From a virus (taxonomy: Duplodnaviria > Caudoviricetes), in IMG/VR virus record IMGVR_UViG_3300027917_000004, positions 1 through 59,486 of that record: a stretch of DNA of 59,486 nt; one strand, written 5' to 3'. A model generated the notes under the pieces. It made no database searches. It saw nothing but the letters and a program-made list of their open reading frames with translations, and was not told the origin of the DNA. Made by a program: the position numbers and the translations under genes. Below, in pieces: positions 46,046 through 54,697 of this stretch (position 1 is its first letter; each line of letters opens with the position of its first letter).

Positions 46046-46399
46046 ATGACCAGCTACCCGCTCAGACATCATACAGATTGGGAAGAAGCCCATGACTATG
46101 AGAAAACTGGCGGGAAGCTAGTTCACATGTCTCCTGATGAATATTTGTCAAAAGTGAAGCCATTGAACATGGATCACAATGACAAGCACATTATTCATCA
46201 TTTTAAAAAACAGATAAAAAAGGGAGAGAAACTTGACCCTATCGCAATTTACCCAGACGGCCATCCAAACGGTCGCCACCGCGCTCACGCGGCTAAAGCT
46301 TTGGGCCTCAAAAAAATTCCAGTGGTGATTTGGCCCAAGAAGAAACGAGGCGGCTCTATTGTAGACCGCGCTCTTATGCTAACATCTAAAAAGGCTTAA
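46046..46399 (+). CDS. Small ParB/sulfiredoxin-like N-terminal-domain protein with C-terminal KRGG tag
   Basis: MSPDEYL, LDPI.I, NGRHRAHAAKALGLKKIPV; ends KKRGGSIVDRALML. Confidence 0.65.
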   Translation: MTSYPLRHHTDWEEAHDYEKTGGKLVHMSPDEYLSKVKPLNMDHNDKHIIHHFKKQIKKGEKLDPIAIYPDGHPNGRHRAHAAKALGLKKIPVVIWPKKKRGGSIVDRALMLTSKKA

Positions 46400-46437
46400 G
46401 CCTCGGGGGACGCCCCGGAACCTGATCAGGAGCGAGC

Positions 46438-48324
46438 ATGTCAAGTCTGGCTAAACAGGCCCGTGAGGCCATGAAGGCGAAGGCATCCCGCCTTACGACC
46501 GCCGACCCACACCAAAAAGTTGATTCGTCCAATTGGACCCCGGCTGAACCGCTGAACACAGAGGTTAAGACCGGTCTTCGCCCCGTGAGCCGCCGTGCTT
46601 TTAAGTCGGGCGGCAAGGTGACGGGTGCTAAGTCTAAGGCCAACCTTGGCAAGAAGGCTCGTAATTCGGGCGGTAAAGCCATTACGGCTGACAGCCTGAT
46701 CAACCGTAACGTCAAAGAAGCCAATGAAGAGCGGCCCGGCGGCAAGGCTCACATTGGTGGTTACAAGAAGGGTGGCCGTCTGAAGCGTAATGCTGGCGGC
46801 GATGCCATCAAGGACTATTTGGATGCCAACCCAGACTCTAAGCCAGAGTCGGTGCCGCTTCCGCCTCCCCGTCCTAAGAATTTGGATGCACCCAAGCCTG
46901 AGAAGTTCAAGTCACCTTATGATTTGAACACGCAGCGCGCCAAACGTGGTGGCAAAGCTGAAAAGTGCTGGGGCGGAAAAGCAAAGAAAGCTGATGGCGG
47001 CTCACTGGACGCTGCCAAGCAGATGATGATGCAAGCCCAGAAAACCGCTGGCGTTCCGTCGAGCGGCATTTATGGCTCTGGCTTTACACGCACTGGCGCG
47101 GGTTCCATGAGCCCAGCTGGCGCTCTCGGTAAGCAGAAGCTGAAAAAAGGCGGCGCTGCCCATGAAGACGTTAAAGCCGATATGGCGCTCATTAAGAAAA
47201 TGGTGAAGCCGTCTGCTATGCGTAAAGGCCGTGCTGGCGGCGGTATGCTTGGTGGTACAGCTTCGACGCTTGACCCAGTTGGCACACCTCAAGCTATCAA
47301 AGACCCACTTAACCTTGGTAAGGGCGTTACCGACCCTTTGGGCATTGATAAGCCGCTTAAGCGCGGCGGTCGTACGGCCCGCAAAGAAGGCGGCGGCGTC
47401 TTCTCCGGCCCCGGCTATCCCGGCAAAGTTCCCGGCGTAGTTGGTGGCCGTCAGGCCCACGCAACCCGTGGTCGCGTTAAAACCGCAGACGATATTGCAG
47501 CAGAATATGCAATGCGCGGCCCAGATGAAGCGATGCAATCCATTGTTCATGGCGGTCTTCCACCGGGTGAATATAAAGCTTCCGGTCAGTCCGCTATGCG
47601 TCCTCAAGATTGGGAAGCTGTGCGGAATAGCATGTATGATGATGCTATGCGCCGTTCTCTCATGGATTCTTCGCGCAACAACGATTTGATGTACCTTTAT
47701 GACAAAGCCATGAGTGGCGCTCAACCAAGCATGAGCGAATACACTGGGGCGGCGGGTGCTTCATTAGCCCCGGAAGAAACGATAGGAATGGATATGGCCC
47801 GCCGTCATGGTGGCCGTACAGCCCATGCTAAAGGCGGCAAAGCAAAGGGCAAAGGCAAAACCCACATCAACATCATGATTGCTGCTGGCAAACCCGGCAT
47901 GGGCGATATGATGCCTCCGGGTGGCCCAACGCCTCCTCCGGGAATGGATGGTGGTCCGGGTGGCATCGCGCCAGTGCCTATGGCTCCTCCTCCGGGCGGC
48001 GCTCCGGGCGCTCCAATGCCGATGCCTATCCCGATGCCAATGCCAATGGCTGGCGGCGCTCCTGCTGGCGGTCCTCCGCCGGTTGGCCGCAAATCGGGTG
48101 GTCGCCTGACCAAGGTCGCGCATTCATACAAAGATATGGAAGCGGGTGCTGGTTCGGGTGAGGGCCGTTTGCAGAAAACGGACATTGCCAAGTTTAAAGC
48201 TGGCCGTAAGGCTGGTGGCAAAGTTGGGCATCGCACCTATCGTTCGTACAAGGATATGGACGCTGGCGCGGGTTCTGGTTTTGGCCGTTTGGAAAAAGCG
48301 GAGATTCAATCCCGCAAGAAATGA
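46438..48324 (+). CDS. Basic low-complexity protein with at least 14 xxGG motifs (putative internal head polyprotein)
   Basis: FKSGGKV, YKKGGRL, AKRGGKA, KADGGSL, LKKGGAA, LKRGGRT, HAKGGKA, RKSGGRL, RKAGGKV etc. Confidence 0.75.
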   Translation: MSSLAKQAREAMKAKASRLTTADPHQKVDSSNWTPAEPLNTEVKTGLRPVSRRAFKSGGKVTGAKSKANLGKKARNSGGKAITADSLINRNVKEANEERPGGKAHIGGYKKGGRLKRNAGGDAIKDYLDANPDSKPESVPLPPPRPKNLDAPKPEKFKSPYDLNTQRAKRGGKAEKCWGGKAKKADGGSLDAAKQMMMQAQKTAGVPSSGIYGSGFTRTGAGSMSPAGALGKQKLKKGGAAHEDVKADMALIKKMVKPSAMRKGRAGGGMLGGTASTLDPVGTPQAIKDPLNLGKGVTDPLGIDKPLKRGGRTARKEGGGVFSGPGYPGKVPGVVGGRQAHATRGRVKTADDIAAEYAMRGPDEAMQSIVHGGLPPGEYKASGQSAMRPQDWEAVRNSMYDDAMRRSLMDSSRNNDLMYLYDKAMSGAQPSMSEYTGAAGASLAPEETIGMDMARRHGGRTAHAKGGKAKGKGKTHINIMIAAGKPGMGDMMPPGGPTPPPGMDGGPGGIAPVPMAPPPGGAPGAPMPMPIPMPMPMAGGAPAGGPPPVGRKSGGRLTKVAHSYKDMEAGAGSGEGRLQKTDIAKFKAGRKAGGKVGHRTYRSYKDMDAGAGSGFGRLEKAEIQSRKK

Positions 48325-48356
48325 TTCGCCGCCTTGTCTCCTTGGCGCTGCGGATC

Positions 48357-48390
48357 GGGACGGGAGTTGGCCCCCTCTAACTCCCGTCCC
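48357..48390 (+). terminator. Strong hairpin (terminator or processing site)
   Basis: GGGACGGGAGTTGG...CTAACTCCCGTCCC followed by TCTT. Confidence 0.55.
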
Positions 48391-48424
48391 TCTTATCCAA
48401 GAGGGGACCACTTAGGGGAGTGGT

Positions 48425-48640
48425 ATGCAAACTGGACATGCATTTTTTTCGTCTGAACTAGAACGGCTGATCAAATTAGAGATTGATCATCTGAAAGATA
48501 ATTTAGTGACCGGCAGCGCATCGATTGATTATGCCGGATACAAACACCAAGTAGGAAGAATACAAGGACTTCAAGAAGCTCTTCAGCTTATTGAGGAAGC
48601 GTGGAGTATTGTTAACGGTGCAGAGCAGAGGGGAAACTAA
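48425..48640 (+). CDS. Small conserved head-module protein
   Basis: YKHQVGRIQGLQEA motif, preceding groES-like gene. Confidence 0.7.
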   Translation: MQTGHAFFSSELERLIKLEIDHLKDNLVTGSASIDYAGYKHQVGRIQGLQEALQLIEEAWSIVNGAEQRGN

Positions 48641-49042
48641 ATGCCGCCTATGATGATTAAACACAAAATTCCGCCAGCTAAGAAGCTGATGGATGAACTT
48701 GGCGATATCTCCGATTTGGAGATTTTTAATAATCAAATCCTGTGTGCGGTTTACATCCGCCCAACAGAAACTGTGGTTGGCGGTAAGGCATTTTTTCTGA
48801 CCGACAATCAAGTCGATGAAGACAAGTTTCAATCGAAAATGGGTCTCGTCGTAAAAATGGGGTCATCTGCCTTCCAAGACAAATCAGGAAACTGGTTCAA
48901 AGATATCACTGTCAAAGAAGGTGACTGGCTTATCCTTCGTCCATCCGATGGTTGGAGCATCACTGTTAATGGCGTTTTGTGCCGCATCATGGAAGACGCG
49001 GACGTTAAGGGACGCCATCCCAACCCGGATGCAATTTGGTGA
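48641..49042 (+). CDS. groES: GroES-like co-chaperonin
   Basis: NQILC....P.ETVVGG...GLVVKMG..AF....VKEGDW......G.....NG...RIMED.DV. Confidence 0.75.
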   Translation: MPPMMIKHKIPPAKKLMDELGDISDLEIFNNQILCAVYIRPTETVVGGKAFFLTDNQVDEDKFQSKMGLVVKMGSSAFQDKSGNWFKDITVKEGDWLILRPSDGWSITVNGVLCRIMEDADVKGRHPNPDAIW

Positions 49043-49052
49043 GGATTAAATC

Positions 49053-49973
49053 ATGAATGAGAATGAAAAATTGGATGATATTGAGATCGTTGTAACAGAC
49101 GAACCTCAAAAGAAGCCCGACGATAACCTTGTTGTCTCTGATGACATGCCGGAAATCGTTGTTGCAGATGCTGATGGTGATGGTTCTAACGATACAGACC
49201 CTCAGTCAGCTATTGAAAAACTTCAAAAAAAGTTGAAAAAAGAGCGTGAACGCCGCAAAGAAGCGGAACGTCAGGCTCAAGCAGCATCTTATGAAGCTCA
49301 AAAAGCTTCGTATCAGGTCGAAGATAGTAATCTGACGCTTGTTACCAATGCCATTGATACGCTGAAGCGTGACAATGAGTATCTTAAGGCTGCGTATAAA
49401 GAGTCTATGAGTGTTGGCGACTACGACAGAGCTGCTGAAATTCAAGAAGTCATGTCTGGTAATTCTGCCAAGCTCCTTCAATTGGAGAATGGTAAGAATG
49501 TTATGGAGAGCAAACCGCGCCAGCCTCCTCAATTTGAGACTGATCCGGTTGAGCGAATGGCTGCCAACCTTTCTCCACGCTCTGCAAAGTGGATTCGCAA
49601 GAACCCACAGTTCGCAACTGATCCGCGTTTGACGCAAAAGATGGTTGCGGCGCACAATTTGGCTATGGCCGATGGTTATCAGGCCGATTCCGATGATTAC
49701 TTTGAATTTGTCGAAGACATTTTGAAGGTTCGGACCAGAAATGATGACCGTGAAGATGAATCCGCACTTTCAGAGGCTTCAATGGCTAAATCTCGTCGCT
49801 CTGCGCCGGTCGCTGCACCAGTTTCACGTTCTGGTCAGGCCCCCGGCACCCGTCCAAATGTAGTTCGTTTGACAAGTGAAGAGCGGGAAATCGCCCGTTT
49901 CAACAAAATGACGGACCATGAGTACGCCAAGTACAAAATCCAGCTTCAAAAAGAAGGCAAATTGCCAAATTAA
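49053..49973 (+). CDS. Capsid scaffolding protein (putative)
   Basis: Acidic N-term, long coiled coil, C-term VRLTSEEREIA...EYAK. Confidence 0.65.
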   Translation: MNENEKLDDIEIVVTDEPQKKPDDNLVVSDDMPEIVVADADGDGSNDTDPQSAIEKLQKKLKKERERRKEAERQAQAASYEAQKASYQVEDSNLTLVTNAIDTLKRDNEYLKAAYKESMSVGDYDRAAEIQEVMSGNSAKLLQLENGKNVMESKPRQPPQFETDPVERMAANLSPRSAKWIRKNPQFATDPRLTQKMVAAHNLAMADGYQADSDDYFEFVEDILKVRTRNDDREDESALSEASMAKSRRSAPVAAPVSRSGQAPGTRPNVVRLTSEEREIARFNKMTDHEYAKYKIQLQKEGKLPN

Positions 49974-49984
49974 GGAGTTAAATC

Positions 49985-50593
49985 ATGACTAATGCATCAA
50001 ATCCTCGTCCCCGTGGCCGTCCGCGTAAGGTTCAAGCCGCTGCACCGGTGGTTTCTGCCCAAGAAGAGGCAGTAATCAACGAATCTTTTGATGGACGCCC
50101 TCCGCTTCGCGCCCCAATGCGTGATGAAGACCCTCGCGCCCGTGCGGCTCGCCGTGCGGCTGAAATTAAGGGCCACCTTGGCGGCAATATGGATGAAGGG
50201 ACCGATGAATTCTTTATCGACACCCGTACCGTGCCGGATGGCTGGACCTATGAGTGGAAGCGCCGGACCGTTTTGGGCAAAGAAGACCCGGCTTATCAGG
50301 TTTCTTTGGCGCGTCTGGGTTGGGAGCCTGTTCCGGCTAGCCGTCACCCCGAAATGATGCCAGCTGGCATGAGTGCAGCTGATATTGAGCGTAAAGGCAT
50401 GGTCCTTATGGAGCGACCAAAGGAAATTACGGACGAAGCTCGTCGTATTGACGCGCAGAAGGCCCGTAATCAGGTCCGCGCCAAGGAACAGCAGCTTAGT
50501 TACGCCCCGGAAGGCACCCTTCCGCGTGACCACGCTCAAGCGCGTCCAAATATCAAGAAAAGCTACTCGCCAGTGGATATTCCCACGGATTAA
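49985..50593 (+). CDS. Conserved head-module protein
   Basis: PDGWTYEWKR...GWEPV....HPE...G.VLMERP. Confidence 0.7.
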   Translation: MTNASNPRPRGRPRKVQAAAPVVSAQEEAVINESFDGRPPLRAPMRDEDPRARAARRAAEIKGHLGGNMDEGTDEFFIDTRTVPDGWTYEWKRRTVLGKEDPAYQVSLARLGWEPVPASRHPEMMPAGMSAADIERKGMVLMERPKEITDEARRIDAQKARNQVRAKEQQLSYAPEGTLPRDHAQARPNIKKSYSPVDIPTD

Positions 50594-50614
50594 TCTCTGG
50601 CTAATTAGCATTTG

Positions 50615-50637
50615 GGGCCACCTTCGGGTGGCCCTTT
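50615..50637 (+). terminator. Intrinsic terminator
   Basis: GGGCCACC-TTCG-GGTGGCCC-TTT. Confidence 0.8.
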
Positions 50638-50684
50638 ACATTTATAAATTCCCGTATAAAATATTTTTATACCATTTATTGGTT

Positions 50685-50770
50685 AGCTTCCCCCGGCGTG
50701 GAGGCTTCACTACTATCAGGTTTTCGGCCTCCCCGGTGTGAGGTTAGAAAACTGCTCCTTTAAAAAGGAG
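50685..50770 (+). ncRNA. Candidate cis-regulatory RNA leader of the capsid operon
   Basis: Two hairpins with 8-nt loops CCCGGCGT and CCCGGTGT, then CTCCTT-TAAA-AAGGAG hairpin occluding the RBS. Confidence 0.55.
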
Positions 50771-50778
50771 ACGCCCAA

Positions 50779-51372
50779 ATGGCTAACTCGAACAGCCCTT
50801 TTGGTTTCCGTCAGTACAGCGGCACAGGTTCTGCTCCGACATACGAGCAGGTTGCTGTAGACATCGCATACAACACAACGAACATTTTTTTCGGTGACCC
50901 CGTTGCTCCAACGAACACGGGCTACATCACTCAGGCTTCGTCTTCAGGCGGTTCGTCTGATACGCAGATTGCTGGCATTTTTGTCGGTTGTCAGTATCTC
51001 TCGACAGCTCAGAAGCGTACCGTCTGGTCGAACTATTATCCGGGTGGGACTGATCCGGCTTCTGGTTCGATTGTTGGTTATATTGTCAATGATCCGAATG
51101 CCAAGTTCCTTGCCCAAACGGGTGCGGGTGGCGCGGCTCAGACGAACATCAACAACACTGTTGGGTTCACAATCGGCTCTGGTAACACAGCAAACGGCAT
51201 TTCGGCGGCTCTCGTCAATATGTCTACGGCTGGTACGGACAACACACAGCCCTTCAAAATTGTGTCACTTGTGACATCACCTCCCGGGTCTGCTGGCACG
51301 GCGTCTGGCGACTACAACTATGTTGTGGTTTCGTTCAACAACGTCTCCACCAAGCAACTCACCGGCATCTAA
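50779..51372 (+). CDS. Capsid decoration / minor capsid protein
   Basis: MAN.N.PFGFR, IFFGDPV, GIFVGCQY, NDPN..F; directly upstream of MCP. Confidence 0.7.
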   Translation: MANSNSPFGFRQYSGTGSAPTYEQVAVDIAYNTTNIFFGDPVAPTNTGYITQASSSGGSSDTQIAGIFVGCQYLSTAQKRTVWSNYYPGGTDPASGSIVGYIVNDPNAKFLAQTGAGGAAQTNINNTVGFTIGSGNTANGISAALVNMSTAGTDNTQPFKIVSLVTSPPGSAGTASGDYNYVVVSFNNVSTKQLTGI

Positions 51373-51385
51373 GGAGTAAGGACCA

Positions 51386-52300
51386 ATGGCTGTTAATCTT
51401 TCTGCCATCAAAGACCTTCTCCTCCCCGGTCTCCGTGGGGTTGAAGGCAAGTACGAGATGATCCCATCTCAGTACGACAAAATCTTCACCAAGCATGAAT
51501 CGAAGATGGCTCTGGAACGCACTGCTGAAATGCGCTTCCTCGGCCTCGCCCAGTTGAAGACTGAAGGCGGCCAGACGGCTTTCGACAACAACGCTGGTGA
51601 GCGTTATGTCTACAACCAAGAGCATATTGAAATCGGTCTCGGCTACGCGATCACTCGCAAAGCCATCGATGACAATCTCTACAAGACACAGTTCCACCCA
51701 TCGAACCTCGGCCTGATTGAATCTTTCCAACAGACCAAGGAAATCTATGGCGCGAACATCTTGAACACTGCCACGACCTATAACTCGGCTGTTGGCGGTG
51801 ACGGCAAGGCGCTCTGCGCTACGGACCATCCGATTGACGGTGGCACGGTTGCGAACAAGCCTTCGGTGGACGTTGACCTTAACGAGTCGACCCTGCTGAA
51901 CGCGATGATCGCCATCCGTACCAACTTCAAGGATCAGGCTGGTCTGAAAGTGTTTGCGCGTGGCCGCAAGCTCATCGTGCCTCCGGCACTTGAGCCTGTT
52001 GCTATCCGTCTTCTCAAGACTGAACTGCGTCCCGGCTCTGCCGACAATGATGTCAATGCAATTCTTACAACCGCTGGCGGCTTGCCAGAGTCGTATATGG
52101 TCAACGACTTCTTGACCTCGGCTTACGCTTGGTTCCTGCTTACGAACATCGACGGTCTCTCCTACATGGAGCGAGTGAAGTTCGAAACAGATATGCAGGT
52201 AGATTTTGTGACCGACAACTTGCTGGTTAAGGGGTATGAACGGTACTCCTTTAGCTATTATAATTGGAGGGCTATCTATGGCAGCTTCCCAACTACTTGA
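51386..52300 (+). CDS. Major capsid protein
   Basis: LLPGL, S..A.E, K.EG, ITRKAIDDNLY, GDGKALC...HP, LIVPPAL, NDFLT...AWF, YERYSF...NWR. Confidence 0.88.
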   Translation: MAVNLSAIKDLLLPGLRGVEGKYEMIPSQYDKIFTKHESKMALERTAEMRFLGLAQLKTEGGQTAFDNNAGERYVYNQEHIEIGLGYAITRKAIDDNLYKTQFHPSNLGLIESFQQTKEIYGANILNTATTYNSAVGGDGKALCATDHPIDGGTVANKPSVDVDLNESTLLNAMIAIRTNFKDQAGLKVFARGRKLIVPPALEPVAIRLLKTELRPGSADNDVNAILTTAGGLPESYMVNDFLTSAYAWFLLTNIDGLSYMERVKFETDMQVDFVTDNLLVKGYERYSFSYYNWRAIYGSFPTT

Positions 52301-52389
52301 TTTTTCAAGTAGTTAAGCTGTATAGATAAATCCAATTTGGAAAACAAGAGCTTCCGGTGTATGGTTCATAACCAGCATCGGAGGCTCAA

Positions 52390-53055
52390 ATGAAGGGTAA
52401 AGCTAGGGTTCCTAGTCTTACGCACCAGCAAGTTCGGGATGCATTGGATTACAATCCTGCTACCGGGGAGTTTGTGTGGAAGATCAGTCCAGCAAAGAAT
52501 GTAAAGTCTGGAACTAGAGCAGGTGGATATAGCAAGAGCAATAGCTATCGCTATATCCGTCTTTTTGGTGAAGAAGTTACAGAATCTAGACTGGCTTGGT
52601 TTTATATGACTGGCGAATGGCCGAAACGGCGGGTTAGATTCAAAAATGGCAATCTTGATGATTGCAGATTTGAAAATCTAACTCTCTTCAACGGCATCGG
52701 CGGTGAGTTTGATCATAAAACCTCTGAAGGCCGTAAGGCTTATTTGAGAGCATATAGATCAAAAACGCCACTGATCCAAAAGTCCCGCGCATTGCGTGAT
52801 AGCTTTAACCTTTCATTAGATCAGTATTCAGAAATGCTGAAGGCCCAAAACGGTGTATGCGCGATCTGTAACCAACCAGAAACGCATATGCGGAACGGAA
52901 AGCTAAAAGCATTGGCCGTAGATCATGACCACAAAAGTGGTGCAATCCGGGGTCTTCTGTGTTCTGATTGCAATACAGGGATTGGAAAGCTGAAAGACGA
53001 CCATAAGGTTCTTCAATCAGCAATTCAGTATCTGGAAAAGTCTAGGAATCCTTAG
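52390..53055 (+). CDS. Homing endonuclease (degenerate HNH_3-like N-term plus endonuclease VII domain)
   Basis: YNPATGEFVW; QNGVCAIC...LAVDHDH.SG.IRGLLCSDCNTGIG. Confidence 0.88.
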   Translation: MKGKARVPSLTHQQVRDALDYNPATGEFVWKISPAKNVKSGTRAGGYSKSNSYRYIRLFGEEVTESRLAWFYMTGEWPKRRVRFKNGNLDDCRFENLTLFNGIGGEFDHKTSEGRKAYLRAYRSKTPLIQKSRALRDSFNLSLDQYSEMLKAQNGVCAICNQPETHMRNGKLKALAVDHDHKSGAIRGLLCSDCNTGIGKLKDDHKVLQSAIQYLEKSRNP

Positions 53056-53118
53056 TCACACAGACCGACCTAGCGGACGCTGCACAGACTGTGTGATTGA
53101 CTCGTGCAGGAGGTTGCT

Positions 53119-53577
53119 ATGGCAACAACCACATTTACTGGCCCGATCAAGGCTGGCGATGTTCTCAACACGACCGGCAGCACTGTCGGTACGCTCAAGA
53201 ATGTCGGCACCGTTGTGACGGCTCAACAGGCTGCGGTCGCGCAGTCTGCTACTGCTGCTTCTACGACCATCGTGATCCCGGCAAACAGCACAATCGTTTC
53301 GATTGATTTGTTTGTTACGACAGCTTGGTCTAGCGCAACGACTACCTACACTGTCAGCGTTGGTACTTCGGCAACTGCAACGGAACTCGTTGCGGCTACG
53401 AACGCTAATGCTATTGGCCGCCTTGCCCTTACACCGGGTACGGATGCCACGAAGACAGGCCTGTGGGTCAATGTCGGTACGTCTGACGTTCAGATTTATG
53501 TCAAATCTGGCGCTCCAGACACCACTCCCGGTGCTGGTACGCTGGTCGTTCGTTACATCCAAGCAGCTAATGCTTAA
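53119..53577 (+). CDS. Virion structural protein
   Basis: MATTTFTGPIKAG, IPANSTI, SVG, VRYIQ; GGAGG RBS. Confidence 0.7.
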   Translation: MATTTFTGPIKAGDVLNTTGSTVGTLKNVGTVVTAQQAAVAQSATAASTTIVIPANSTIVSIDLFVTTAWSSATTTYTVSVGTSATATELVAATNANAIGRLALTPGTDATKTGLWVNVGTSDVQIYVKSGAPDTTPGAGTLVVRYIQAANA

Positions 53578-53598
53578 TCAGAGCTATAGGAGGCTCAC

Positions 53599-53886
53599 AT
53601 GAAAGGTCGTTCCAAGCGTGCTTCTGGCGGCGTCAATGAAATGGCGCAGGACATGGGCAAGAAGAATATGCGTTATACCTATCAGTCGAACGTCAATGAC
53701 GAGGCTGAAGAGCGTAAGCGCGGTGGCAAAGCTGTTGGCAAGGTCAAAGGCATGAAGGGTAAAGCGGACATGGGCCGCAAGCCTCGCAAGTCCGGTGGCC
53801 GCACTGGCTCGAACATGAGCCCGCTGTCTTCGGCAGCTAAGGGTACACCGGCTCCGGGCCGTAACGTCTCTGGCAGCCTTGACTAA
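53599..53886 (+). CDS. Small basic protein with three xxGG motifs
   Basis: KRASGGV, RKRGGKA, RKSGGRT. Confidence 0.7.
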   Translation: MKGRSKRASGGVNEMAQDMGKKNMRYTYQSNVNDEAEERKRGGKAVGKVKGMKGKADMGRKPRKSGGRTGSNMSPLSSAAKGTPAPGRNVSGSLD

Positions 53887-53890
53887 AATT

Positions 53891-53920
53891 GGTGGGGGCT
53901 TCGGCCCCCATCTTTCCTTT
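53891..53920 (+). terminator. Intrinsic terminator
   Basis: GGTGGGGGC-TTCG-GCCCCCATC-TTTCCTTT. Confidence 0.8.
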
Positions 53921-53930
53921 GGAGGGGTAA

Positions 53931-54176
53931 ATGGCAAAGTCACCCGCGTGGACCCGTAAAGAGGGCAAATCGCCATCTGGCGGTCTGAATGAAAAGGGCC
54001 GCGCCAGCCTTCGTGCAGCTGGGCATGATATTAAACGTCCACAGCCGGAAGGTGGCTCTCGCAAAGACAGTTTTTGTGCCAGAATGACGGGTATGAAGCG
54101 GAAGTTAACAGGTTCAGCCAAAGCCGCTGACCCGAACAGCCGAATCAATAAGTCACTAAGAAAGTGGGATTGCTGA
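53931..54176 (+). CDS. Small basic conserved phage protein (DUF6321-like)
   Basis: AWTRKEGK.P.GGLN.KGR...RKDSFCARM...SRINKSLRKWDC. Confidence 0.75.
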   Translation: MAKSPAWTRKEGKSPSGGLNEKGRASLRAAGHDIKRPQPEGGSRKDSFCARMTGMKRKLTGSAKAADPNSRINKSLRKWDC

Positions 54177-54340
54177 TGGCTGATAAACCTTTTTGGGAGC
54201 AAAAGGCTCCGAAAGATGCTAAGGTAAAGCATCTGAACCGCAAACAAGTTCAAGAGGCCAAAGCCCGCGCTCGCGCTGCTGGGCGTCCTTATCCGAACTT
54301 GGTTGATAATGCAGCAGTCGCCCGATCAAAGGGGAAGTGA
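54176..54340 (+). CDS. Small basic protein (54 aa, not in ORF track)
   Basis: MADKPFW...AKARARAAGRPYPNLVDN; TGATG coupling. Confidence 0.65.
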   Translation: MADKPFWEQKAPKDAKVKHLNRKQVQEAKARARAAGRPYPNLVDNAAVARSKGK

Positions 54341-54341
54341 A

Positions 54342-54689
54342 ATGCAACCGATTACAGTTTCCACGACAGATGCCACTGCTGGCACCACATACAGCCGCAA
54401 GGTTCGCATGGATAGCTGGGCATTTGCTCAGACCATCATTCAAGTGGATGTCACCGGCACTGCAACCTATACAGTCGAAACATCGATGGATGACCCGAAT
54501 AGCATCACCAATCCGGTTGATGTTGCGAGCATGACATGGATTAACGCGGCTGATAGTGCGATTGTCGCTAAGACGGCATCGGCTCAAGGCGTTCTTGTTG
54601 CTACACCAACCTTCATCCGCATCAAGCAGACTGCTGGTAATGGTTCGACAACCATGACCCTTGCTCAATTTGGCAATGCTCCATACTAA
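54342..54689 (+). CDS. Small beta-rich virion protein
   Basis: YTVETSMDDP...W...IRI; GGGGAAG RBS. Confidence 0.65.
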   Translation: MQPITVSTTDATAGTTYSRKVRMDSWAFAQTIIQVDVTGTATYTVETSMDDPNSITNPVDVASMTWINAADSAIVAKTASAQGVLVATPTFIRIKQTAGNGSTTMTLAQFGNAPY

Positions 54690-54697
54690 GGTGAGCC

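Noticed and set aside
46046-46399. ParB-like ORF as the cognate binder of the parS site
   Set aside because: Only a ParB/Srx N-terminal-like domain of 117 aa; no HTH or dimerisation domain and no parA
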